From the NCBI GenBank assembly GCA_036268295.1, contig DATAUK010000042.1, positions 14,941 through 78,940 of the forward strand: a DNA stretch of 64,000 nucleotides, given 5' to 3'. The DNA is from Mycobacteriales bacterium. GTDB lineage: Bacteria; Actinomycetota; Actinomycetes; JAFAQI01. Positions 36,954 through 45,045 of the stretch are shown piece by piece; positions within the stretch are counted from its first letter, which is position 1; every line of letters starts with the position of its first letter. A program made the position numbers and the translations under genes. The notes beneath the pieces were generated by a model. That model had not been told where the DNA came from. It saw only the letters and a program-made list of their open reading frames with translations, and searched no databases.

Positions 36954-37044
36954 GCCGAGGACACTAGTGAGTGTTCGATGAACGCTCGTCTCGGAGTGCT
37001 CAACGTCCGCGATCTCAGACCCTCGCAGCGGTAACCTCCGGAGC

Positions 37045-38313
37045 ATGGCGACCGGCACCACGATGCGAATCTTCTTGGCGCGGCTGTCCGGTCTGACCGT
37101 GTTGGATCCCAACGGTGATCAGGTCGGCCGGGTGCGCGACATCGTCGTAAGCCTGCGGGCCGGCAACCAGCCGCCGCGGGTGCTCGGGCTTGCCGTCGAG
37201 GTGCAGCCGCGCCGGCGGGTGTTCGTGCCGATGGGCCAGGTCACCACGATTGATGCCGACGCGGTGATCGTGCGCGGCCGGATCAACCTGCGACGGTTCG
37301 AGCGCCGCGACGGCGAGACCCTCGTCATCGCCGAGCTGCTGGACCGCAAAGTCACGGTCATCGAGGACAACAGCCTGGTCACCGTCGCCGACGTCGGGAT
37401 GGAGCACAACCGCACCCGCGACTGGTTCCTCACCCGGGTCGCGGTTCGCTCCGGCGGCAGCTTCCGCCGTCGCGGCCAGCTGCGCACCGTGGAGTGGGAA
37501 GCAGTCACCGGCTTCGCGCAACTCGAGGCCGAGCAGGGCGTCGCGAGCCTGCTGGCCGCCTTCGGCCAGCTGCGCGCGGCCGACCTCGCCCACGTCCTGC
37601 ACGAGCTTTCGGACAAGCGACGCGGTGAAGTCGTCGCTGCGCTGGACGACGAGCGACTGGCCGACGTGCTCGAGGAGCTGCCGGAGGACGACCAGATCAA
37701 GATCCTCGCCTCACTGGAAGGCGAGCGAGCCGCCGACGTCCTCGAGGCGATGGGCCCAGACGATGCCGCCGACCTGCTCGGTGAGTTGCCGACCGATGAG
37801 GCCGAGCGCCTCCTCGGCCTGATGGAGCCCGGTGAGGCCGGCCCGGTCCGGCGGCTGCTCACCTACTCCGAGAACACCGCCGGCGGCATGATGACCAGCG
37901 AGCCGGTCATCCTCTCGCCGGACTCCACGGTCGCCGAGGCGCTGGCCCGGGTCCGGGACCCGGAGATCTCACCCGCGCTGGCCGCGCAGGTCTATGTCTG
38001 CCGGCCACCCACCGACACCCCGACCGGCAAGTACGTCGGGATCGCGCACATCCAGCGTTTGCTTCGGGAGCCACCCTCGTCGCTGGTCTCTGGCATCGTC
38101 GACACCCAGATCGACCCGCTCGACCCGGACTGCCCGCTCGCCGAGGTCACCGCGCATCTCGCGACGTACAACCTGGTGGCGATCCCGGTCGTCGACGAGA
38201 ACGACCACCTGCTCGGCGCGGTCACCGTCGATGACGTCCTCGACCACCTGCTGCCTGAGGACTGGCGCGAACACCCGGCCGGCGAGGTCGTCGGAGACTC
38301 CCATGGCGCGTGA
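37045..38313 (+). CDS. cytosolic MgtE-N/CBS-pair protein with N-terminal PRC-barrel-like domain (no transmembrane domain)
   Basis: MgtE intracellular-domain pattern (LRAADLAHVLHEL...DDQIKILASLEGERAADVLEAMGPDDAADLL) and two CBS motifs. The protein ends after the second CBS motif without hydrophobic segments. Confidence 0.8.
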   Translation: MATGTTMRIFLARLSGLTVLDPNGDQVGRVRDIVVSLRAGNQPPRVLGLAVEVQPRRRVFVPMGQVTTIDADAVIVRGRINLRRFERRDGETLVIAELLDRKVTVIEDNSLVTVADVGMEHNRTRDWFLTRVAVRSGGSFRRRGQLRTVEWEAVTGFAQLEAEQGVASLLAAFGQLRAADLAHVLHELSDKRRGEVVAALDDERLADVLEELPEDDQIKILASLEGERAADVLEAMGPDDAADLLGELPTDEAERLLGLMEPGEAGPVRRLLTYSENTAGGMMTSEPVILSPDSTVAEALARVRDPEISPALAAQVYVCRPPTDTPTGKYVGIAHIQRLLREPPSSLVSGIVDTQIDPLDPDCPLAEVTAHLATYNLVAIPVVDENDHLLGAVTVDDVLDHLLPEDWREHPAGEVVGDSHGA

Positions 38314-38827
38314 GGCGCGCCGGCGGCCCCGGCTCGATCAGCCGCAGGATGCCCGTCGCGGCATCGCGCTGCCGCGCTACGACCCCGAGTCGATGGGGCG
38401 GGTGTCCGAGCGGGTGGCACGCTTCCTCGGCACCTGGCGGTTCATCGGCTACATGACGCTGTTCATCATCGTGTGGATCGCCTACAACCTGATCGCTCCC
38501 AAGGGACATGGCCAGTTCGACGCGTGGGGCAACAAGTTCACGTTGCTCACTTTGTTGCTCTCGCTGCAGGCGTCGTACGCCGCACCACTGATCCTGCTCG
38601 CTCAGAACCGCCAGGCCGACCGTGACCGGGTGCAGTACGACCAGGACCGGGCGCTGAGCGAGCGGGCGGTCGCCGACACCGAATATCTCGCCCGCGAGAT
38701 CGCCTCGGTGCGCGTCTCGCTCGGCGAGGTCGCCACCCGCGACTTCCTGCGCGGTGAGCTGCAACGGCTGCTGGAGGACCTCGACGAACGGGCCAACGGC
38801 GAGGGCTCCGCCGCAGCCGGCTCTTGA
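38303..38827 (+). CDS. DUF1003 membrane protein
   Basis: Two hydrophobic segments (WRFIGYMTLFIIVWIAYNLI, FTLLTLLLSLQASYAAPLILL) plus NRQADRDR are typical of DUF1003. ATG 38303 overlaps the upstream gene by 11 nt. Confidence 0.75.
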   Translation: MAREARRRPRLDQPQDARRGIALPRYDPESMGRVSERVARFLGTWRFIGYMTLFIIVWIAYNLIAPKGHGQFDAWGNKFTLLTLLLSLQASYAAPLILLAQNRQADRDRVQYDQDRALSERAVADTEYLAREIASVRVSLGEVATRDFLRGELQRLLEDLDERANGEGSAAAGS

Positions 38828-38859
38828 CTACAACGACGCGCACGTAGGCTTGACCCATC

Positions 38860-39999
38860 ATGACCGACGCTGCGCTCCCGACCATCGAGCTGATCAATGC
38901 TGCGCTGGCTACCGTCAAGGACCCCGAGATCCACCGGCCGATCACCGAGCTCGGAATGGTCGACGACGTTGCGATCTCCGATGCTGGCGCAGTCACCGTC
39001 AAGGTGCTGCTGACGACCGCCGGCTGCCCGCTCAAGGACCGGATCACCGCTGACGTCACCGGCGCGGTCACCGCCGTCACCGGCGTCACCGCCGTCCGGG
39101 TGAGCCTCGATGTAATGAGCGACGCCCAGAAGCAGGCGCTGCGCACAACGCTGCAGGGTGGCCGCGAGACCAAGCAGATCTCGTTCTCCCAACCGGGCTC
39201 GCTGACCCGGGTCTATGCGATCGCGAGCGGCAAGGGCGGTGTCGGCAAGTCCTCGACGACGGTCAACCTCGCCGTCGCGCTGGCCCAGAACGGCCACACC
39301 GTCGGCGTCGTCGACGCCGACATCTACGGCCACTCGATGCCGCGGATGCTCGGCATCGACAACCCGCCGTCCGTGGTCGACGGCATGATCGTGCCGCCCG
39401 AGGCGTACGGGGTGAAGGTCGTGTCGGCCGGGATGTTCGTCGAGGGCAACCGCCCGATCGCCTGGCGCGGTCCGATGCTGCACAAGGCGCTGGAGCAGCT
39501 GCTCGCCGACGTCTACTGGGGTGACCTCGACATCCTGCTGCTCGACCTGCCGCCCGGCACCGGCGACATCGCGATCTCGACCGCGCAGCTGCTTCCGAGC
39601 GCCGAGCTGATCGTCATCACAACGCCGCAGCTCGCCGCCCGCGAAGTGGCCGAACGCGCCGGCTCCATAGCGCTGCAGACCAAGCAACGACTTGCCGGCG
39701 TGATCGAGAACATGGCCGGGCTACCGTGCCCGCACTGCGGGGAGATGATCGACGTCTTCGGTGCTGGTGGCGGACAGGCCGTCGCGGACAGCCTCAGCCA
39801 CCTGCTCGGCTCACCGGTGCCGTTGCTCGGCTCGGTGCCGATCGATCCGCGGGTGCGGGAGGGTGGCGACAACGGCCGTCCGATCGTCATGGACGACCCG
39901 ACCGCCGATGCATCAGTGGCGCTGCGCGCGATCGCAGCCGCACTCGGTGCGCGCACCAGAGGGCTGGCCGGCCGGTCGCTCTCGCTGACCCCGGTCTAA
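38860..39999 (+). CDS. mrp: Fe-S cluster carrier ATPase Mrp/ApbC (DUF59 + NBP35/ParA fold)
   Basis: N-terminal DUF59 (VKDPEIHRPITELGMV), Walker A SGKGGVGKSS, and CPHCG motif. Confidence 0.9.
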   Translation: MTDAALPTIELINAALATVKDPEIHRPITELGMVDDVAISDAGAVTVKVLLTTAGCPLKDRITADVTGAVTAVTGVTAVRVSLDVMSDAQKQALRTTLQGGRETKQISFSQPGSLTRVYAIASGKGGVGKSSTTVNLAVALAQNGHTVGVVDADIYGHSMPRMLGIDNPPSVVDGMIVPPEAYGVKVVSAGMFVEGNRPIAWRGPMLHKALEQLLADVYWGDLDILLLDLPPGTGDIAISTAQLLPSAELIVITTPQLAAREVAERAGSIALQTKQRLAGVIENMAGLPCPHCGEMIDVFGAGGGQAVADSLSHLLGSPVPLLGSVPIDPRVREGGDNGRPIVMDDPTADASVALRAIAAALGARTRGLAGRSLSLTPV

Positions 40000-40010
40000 A
40001 GCACACACCG

Positions 40011-40340
40011 CTACGTAGCGTCGGAGTCGTAGGGCGGGCGCTCGTTGGCGGCAAGCGCCACCGGCGCGGCAGCGGTCGCGACCGGCGCGGACGGATCGTC
40101 CTCGCCGAACAGCGCGTCCTCGACGAACCGCCGCGGGTGCAGCGAGCTCAGATCGAAGTCTGCCAGCTCAGGACCGAGCTCGGCCTTCAGCTCGCTGGCC
40201 GCGCCGCGCGCCATTGTGCGGAGCTGACGGAGCATCGCACTGGCATCGCGGATCGCCGCCGGAAGCCGATCCGGGCCGAACACGATGAGGCCGATGATGG
40301 CGATGACCAGGATCTCTTCCCAGCCCAGATTGCCCAGCAC
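40011..40340 (-). CDS. tatB: twin-arginine translocase subunit TatB
   Basis: MLGNLGWEEILVIAIIGLIVFGPDRLP TM-hinge motif and amphipathic helix. The C-terminal ...YDSDAT resembles mycobacterial TatB. Confidence 0.8.
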   Translation of the reverse strand: MLGNLGWEEILVIAIIGLIVFGPDRLPAAIRDASAMLRQLRTMARGAASELKAELGPELADFDLSSLHPRRFVEDALFGEDDPSAPVATAAAPVALAANERPPYDSDAT

Positions 40341-40391
40341 GGATCAAGCCTACGTCGCGCTCGCCGGCCCCGCACCCTGACCCGCAGCCGG

Positions 40392-41651
40392 CTACTCGCT
40401 GCGCACCGATCCCAGCACGACGCTGACCGTCCTACGGTGGCCACTGCGTTCGTAGCTGAGGGTGACCCGCTGGCCGGGGACGTGGGAGCGGATCGCGACG
40501 ATCAGCTCGTCCGCCGTTGTGACCTTCTCGCCGTTGACCGCGACGATCACGTCACCGGGCCGGATCCCGGCCTTGCCGGCCGGACCATCCTTCTCGACCG
40601 CAGGCGCACCACTCGATGTCGGGGTCACTTGCGCGCCCGATCCGGAGAAGTTCGGATCGAGGCTGACGCCGATGATGGCGTGGGTGGAATAACCCTGCGT
40701 GATGATCTGCTCGGCGATCCGCTTCGCCTCGTTGATCGGGATGGCGAAGCCCAGGCCGATGCTGCCCGACTGGCTCGAGCCGAGCTGGTCAGTCGACAGC
40801 GACGCAATGGCGGAGTTGACGCCGACCACCGCGCCCGCGGTGTCGACCAACGGACCGCCGGAGTTGCCGGGGTTGATCGCGGCATCGGTCTGGATCGCGT
40901 CGATGACGTCCTCGGGCACGCCGGACTCGCCGCCGGCCTCTACCGGACGGTTCAAAGCGCTCACGATGCCGCTGGTGACGGTGCCGACCAGGCCGAGCGG
41001 CGAGCCGACCGCGATGACCGGATCGCCGACCGCCATCGTGGTGGAGTCGCCGAGTACCGCCGGGGTGAGGTTCTGTTCGCCGGACACCTTGACGATGGCG
41101 ATGTCATCGACCGGATCGGGATGTCCGATGATCCGCGCCGACACCTTCGACTTGTCCGGCAGGACCACGGACAGCGTCCCGCCGGTGCGTGCAGCAGCGA
41201 TCACGTGGTTGTTGGTCATGATGTAGCCGGTCTTGCTCAGGACGATGCCCGAGCCGGTGTCGCCGCCGTTGCCGGTCTTGACCTGGATCGAGACCACACT
41301 GGGCAGGATCTTCGCGGCGATCCCGGCGACCGAGCCCGGTGCGCGTTCGACAATCTGATGCTGCGGCGACGACGACCCGAGGGTGACCGAGCCGACCTCA
41401 CCGTTGTTGCCATGGTTACGGGCGACGAGCCCGCCGATTGCACCGCCGAGCAACCCCGACACCAACACCATGATCGCGACCGTCCCCCACGAGCCGGGGC
41501 CATTCGGAGGCCGCCGTGGCGGTGGCGGCGGCGCCATCGGCGTCCACCCGGTGCCTGGCGGGTTCGGCGGCGCGCCCCACCAGCCGGCAGGTGGTTGTTG
41601 AGGCAGCGGCGGCACCGGCAACCACGGTCCAGGCTCGGTCATAACAACCAT
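40392..41651 (-). CDS. htrA: S1C serine protease HtrA/DegP-like with PDZ domain
   Basis: Pro-rich cytosolic N-terminus and one TM segment. Catalytic motifs TNNHV, D..I.V and GNSGGPL. C-terminal PDZ (GIRPGDVIVAVNGEKV). Confidence 0.85.
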   Translation of the reverse strand: MVVMTEPGPWLPVPPLPQQPPAGWWGAPPNPPGTGWTPMAPPPPPRRPPNGPGSWGTVAIMVLVSGLLGGAIGGLVARNHGNNGEVGSVTLGSSSPQHQIVERAPGSVAGIAAKILPSVVSIQVKTGNGGDTGSGIVLSKTGYIMTNNHVIAAARTGGTLSVVLPDKSKVSARIIGHPDPVDDIAIVKVSGEQNLTPAVLGDSTTMAVGDPVIAVGSPLGLVGTVTSGIVSALNRPVEAGGESGVPEDVIDAIQTDAAINPGNSGGPLVDTAGAVVGVNSAIASLSTDQLGSSQSGSIGLGFAIPINEAKRIAEQIITQGYSTHAIIGVSLDPNFSGSGAQVTPTSSGAPAVEKDGPAGKAGIRPGDVIVAVNGEKVTTADELIVAIRSHVPGQRVTLSYERSGHRRTVSVVLGSVRSE

Positions 41652-41688
41652 TGTCGGCCAAGTCCGCCCGAGTCACTACGCTGGCACC

Positions 41689-42339
41689 GTGACCGAGCGC
41701 AGTGAGGCCGACATCGCCCTCGCCAACCGCGCCTTCACGGAGAGCTGGCTCAGTGAGGATCAGCCGCTCTCGGACGCCAGGCCACGTGGCAACGAGCTCG
41801 GCGCCGTGCCGATCGGTTCCGGCGGTGGCGCGGTTCTGCGGTTCCTCGCGGCGAGCATCCAGGCCAGGTCTGTCGTCGAGATCGGCACCGGGGCAGGTGT
41901 CTCCGGCACCTGGCTGCTGCGGGGCATGGCCGGGGACGGCATGCTGACCTCGATCGACCTCGAGGCAGAACACCAGCGGGTGGCGAAGCAGACCTTCGCT
42001 AGCGCCGGCTTCGCCAACTCGAGGGTTCGGCTGATCAGCGGCCGGGCCTTGGAAGTGTTGCCTCGTCTTAGCGATGGGGCCTACGACCTAGTGTTCATCG
42101 ACGCCGCAAAGTCGGAGTACGCCGGCTATCTGGTCGAGGCCAAGCGACTGCTCCGACCCGGCGGCATCGTGGCTATCGACAACGCGCTCTGGCACGGACG
42201 GGTCGCCGACCCGTCGAGCCGCGACGCCGACACCGTAGGCATCCGGGAACTGCTCCGCCAGCTGCGCGAGGACGACCGGCTGGTCCCGGTCCTGCTGCCG
42301 AGCGGTGACGGTCTGCTCGCCGCAGTGCTCAAGCCGTAG
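41689..42339 (+). CDS. class I SAM-dependent O-methyltransferase (caffeoyl-CoA OMT-like, Rv1220c-like)
   Basis: VVEIGTGAGVSG SAM motif, DLVFIDAAK, and IAIDNALWHGRV. These are characteristic of the cation-dependent OMT family. GTG start at 41689. Confidence 0.85.
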   Translation: MTERSEADIALANRAFTESWLSEDQPLSDARPRGNELGAVPIGSGGGAVLRFLAASIQARSVVEIGTGAGVSGTWLLRGMAGDGMLTSIDLEAEHQRVAKQTFASAGFANSRVRLISGRALEVLPRLSDGAYDLVFIDAAKSEYAGYLVEAKRLLRPGGIVAIDNALWHGRVADPSSRDADTVGIRELLRQLREDDRLVPVLLPSGDGLLAAVLKP

Positions 42340-42346
42340 GACCCGG

Positions 42347-43648
42347 GTGCTGGACCGCACACCGAAAGCAGCGGATCTCGATCCGATCGAGCGGGCGTCC
42401 GTGGACGAGCTGCGCGACCTCCAGCTCGACCGGCTCAAGTGGTCGCTTCATCACGCCTATGCCAACGTGCCGCACTATCGCGCCGCCTTCGACGCCGCAC
42501 AAGTTCATCCTGACGACTTCCGCAGCCTGGGCGACTTGGCGAGATTTCCCTTTACTACCAAGGCGGATCTTCGCGCGAACTACCCATTCGGCATGTTCGC
42601 GGTGCCGCAAGACCGGATCGCGCGGATCCACGCGTCGTCGGGCACGACCGGCCAACCGACGGTCGTCGGCTACACCGCCAACGACATCCGGACCTGGGCC
42701 GCAGTGATGGCACGGTCGATCCGCGCCTCGGGCGGCCGCGCCGGCGACCGGGTGCACATCGCCTACGGCTACGGCCTGTTCACCGGCGGTCTGGGTGCGC
42801 ACTACGGCGCCGAGGCGCTGGGCTGCACGGTGATCCCGGTCTCGGGTGGTATGACCGAGCGCCAGGTGCTCCTGATCCGCGACTTCGCGCCAGACGTGAT
42901 CATGGTCACGCCGTCGTACATGCTGGCCATCGTCGACGAGATGGAGCGCCAGGGCATCGACCCGCGTACGACGTCGTTGGCGGTCGGGATCTTCGGCGCC
43001 GAGCCGTGGACCAACGACATGCGTCACGAGATCGAGCGGCGTCTCGATATGCATGCGGTCGACATCTACGGACTGTCCGAGGTGATGGGGCCGGGCGTCG
43101 CCAACGAGTGCGTCGAGACCAAGGACGGCCTGCACATCTGGGAGGACCACTTCTATCCGGAGGTCGTCGATCCGACGACCGGCGAGGCGCTCGCCGACGG
43201 CACCGAAGGCGAGCTGGTGTTCACGTCGCTGACAAAGGAAGCGCTGCCGATCATTCGGTACCGGACCCGCGACCTGACCCGACTCCTCCCGGGCACCGCG
43301 CGCTCGATGAGACGGATGGAGAAGATCACCGGCCGCTCCGACGACATGATCATCCTGCGCGGCGTGAACGTCTTCCCGACTCAGATCGAGGAGCTGATCC
43401 TTCGCACCGCGGAGCTCGCGCCTCATTTTCAGTGCGTGCTACGCCGTAGCGACCGACTGGACTCAATGACCGTGCGAGTCGAGCGGCGAAGCGGATCCGA
43501 GGCAGCCGCAGCCAACCGGGCAGCCAGCGCTCTCGTCGCGACAGCCAAAGCGACGATCGGCGTCAGCCTGGACATCGAGGTCGTCGAGCCGGGACTGATC
43601 GAGCGCTCCGCCGGGAAGATGCGCCGGGTCGTCGACGAACGGACCTGA
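42347..43648 (+). CDS. paaK: phenylacetate-CoA ligase
   Basis: LDPIERASVDELRDLQLDRLKWSL N-terminus, SSGTTGQPTV AMP-binding motif, and YGLSE. About 433 aa from GTG 42347. Confidence 0.85.
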   Translation: MLDRTPKAADLDPIERASVDELRDLQLDRLKWSLHHAYANVPHYRAAFDAAQVHPDDFRSLGDLARFPFTTKADLRANYPFGMFAVPQDRIARIHASSGTTGQPTVVGYTANDIRTWAAVMARSIRASGGRAGDRVHIAYGYGLFTGGLGAHYGAEALGCTVIPVSGGMTERQVLLIRDFAPDVIMVTPSYMLAIVDEMERQGIDPRTTSLAVGIFGAEPWTNDMRHEIERRLDMHAVDIYGLSEVMGPGVANECVETKDGLHIWEDHFYPEVVDPTTGEALADGTEGELVFTSLTKEALPIIRYRTRDLTRLLPGTARSMRRMEKITGRSDDMIILRGVNVFPTQIEELILRTAELAPHFQCVLRRSDRLDSMTVRVERRSGSEAAAANRAASALVATAKATIGVSLDIEVVEPGLIERSAGKMRRVVDERT

Positions 43649-43766
43649 CCGCACCGCTGCTGAACCAGCTCCTTCCAAATTCCCCGCAACCCGCTGTCAA
43701 CCCGCCGGCACCGTCGCGCGTTGGGCAGGCGTGACGCACACCGCGTCGAGAGCAGGAGGAACGGTC

Positions 43767-44978
43767 ATGAGGACTTCTCGAGCCCGCACCGCGGGCGCAC
43801 TTCTCACCGGTCTCGGCGCGGCGTTGCTGATCGCCGCCCCGACCGGCGCGGTCGCGGCACAGCACAGTCACGCAACCAGCTCGAAGAAACCGGCACATCC
43901 GGCCGGTCTGTTCGTGAGCGAGCAGGGCCGGATCACGAAGGCGGCGACACCTTCGGCATTTCTTCGCGACTTCAACAGCACTCAACACATCGTGACCAGC
44001 GTCGCGAGCACGACGCCAGGCAAGTCGCGGGTGGTCTACCTGACCCGCCGGTCCAAAGCGGGGAAGTGGACCAGCCACGCGATTCCGGGGCTGCGGCCAT
44101 CAGCCGGGAAGATCCAGATCGAGGCACATCTGAGCCCTGACGGCAGGCACGTCTATGTCGTGTTCTACGAGTGCGACGGCGTGTTCGCCAGCGCGGCCGG
44201 GATCAATGCGGTCCGGCTCCCCGAGCCGACTCAGATCACCGCGACGACAAACACCTGCGGCCGCCCGAACGCCAGCAACGACAACCCACCAATCGCCCGG
44301 TCGATGGTCTTCCCTTACAACGACATGGGTGTGTTGCTTCCCGACCCGGCGCAGGACAACAAAATCGCACTGTGGAAGGGACTTCCGAACACCGGCTTCG
44401 TCCCCGGCGCGGCGCTGCCCACCACCGACGGCTTCACCCCAGTGCAGATCACGACAGGTACCTCCGGCCAGGTCGTGGTCATCGGCACCGGCATGGACGG
44501 GGCGAACCAGGCCATCTACACCGTCATGAAGGACCCATACGGCTCGACGTGGTCGGCGCCGGTCAAGCTGGCGACGCTCAACAGCCCTACCTCGGACTAC
44601 ACGATTGAGGCGCTCACGTCTTACCGCTACTCGACCTGGGTCGGTCTCTACCGGCCCCGTGGCAGCTCCGGCCGCACCCACACGTTGTTCCTCGACCACG
44701 GCACCGCTTCCGGCTGGCTCGGCGTGGTCCCGATGGCGCACACGACGACGCACGACAGCTCGCTGCGGCTGGTCTACAACGAGGGCACCGGGCACCTGCA
44801 CGCCGCGTTCACCCGGGTCGACCCGGCGTCGAAGTCCAAGAAGAGCGGCATCATGCAGCAGACGCTCATCAAGAGCTGGGCCAAGCCGAAGTTCGTGACC
44901 CACTGGTATCGCGACGTCGCGGCTCAGCTCACCTTCACCAACGGTGGTCACACCATCCTGAGCTACTACCAGCCCTGA
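43767..44978 (+). CDS. secreted hypothetical protein
   Basis: AGGAGGA lies upstream of ATG 43767. Signal peptide MRTSRARTAGALLTGLGAALLIAAPTGAVAA. I recognise no family. Confidence 0.6.
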   Translation: MRTSRARTAGALLTGLGAALLIAAPTGAVAAQHSHATSSKKPAHPAGLFVSEQGRITKAATPSAFLRDFNSTQHIVTSVASTTPGKSRVVYLTRRSKAGKWTSHAIPGLRPSAGKIQIEAHLSPDGRHVYVVFYECDGVFASAAGINAVRLPEPTQITATTNTCGRPNASNDNPPIARSMVFPYNDMGVLLPDPAQDNKIALWKGLPNTGFVPGAALPTTDGFTPVQITTGTSGQVVVIGTGMDGANQAIYTVMKDPYGSTWSAPVKLATLNSPTSDYTIEALTSYRYSTWVGLYRPRGSSGRTHTLFLDHGTASGWLGVVPMAHTTTHDSSLRLVYNEGTGHLHAAFTRVDPASKSKKSGIMQQTLIKSWAKPKFVTHWYRDVAAQLTFTNGGHTILSYYQP

Positions 44979-44996
44979 GATAACCGGTAGGGCCGC

Positions 44997-45035
44997 GGCC
45001 GGCTCCGACGACAGGAATTGTCGTCGGGACCGGCC
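44997..45035. terminator. hairpin between convergent genes (candidate bidirectional terminator)
   Basis: GGCCGGctCCGACGACA-ggaat-TGTCGTCGGgaCCGGCC: 9-bp and 6-bp stems around a 2-nt internal mismatch. Confidence 0.5.
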
Positions 45036-45045
45036 GTTGCCGGGT

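Noticed and set aside
36954-37044. Looked for an M-box (Mg2+) riboswitch upstream of the MgtE-like gene.
   Set aside because: The intergenic region is only about 91 nt, far shorter than an M-box aptamer, and I saw none of its conserved helices. I noted only an 8-bp palindrome, CACTAGTG.
40009-40020. 12-nt palindrome CGCTACGTAGCG at the mrp/tatB junction, and the GC palindrome CTCGCGCGCGAG at 59213-59224.
   Set aside because: These are perfect palindromes with no loop, too short to form stable terminator hairpins. They could be chance or restriction-type sites, and there is no supporting context.
39726-41705. 659-aa plus-strand ORF.
   Set aside because: It is antisense to the 3' end of mrp, tatB and htrA. 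It is extremely Arg-rich with no domains.
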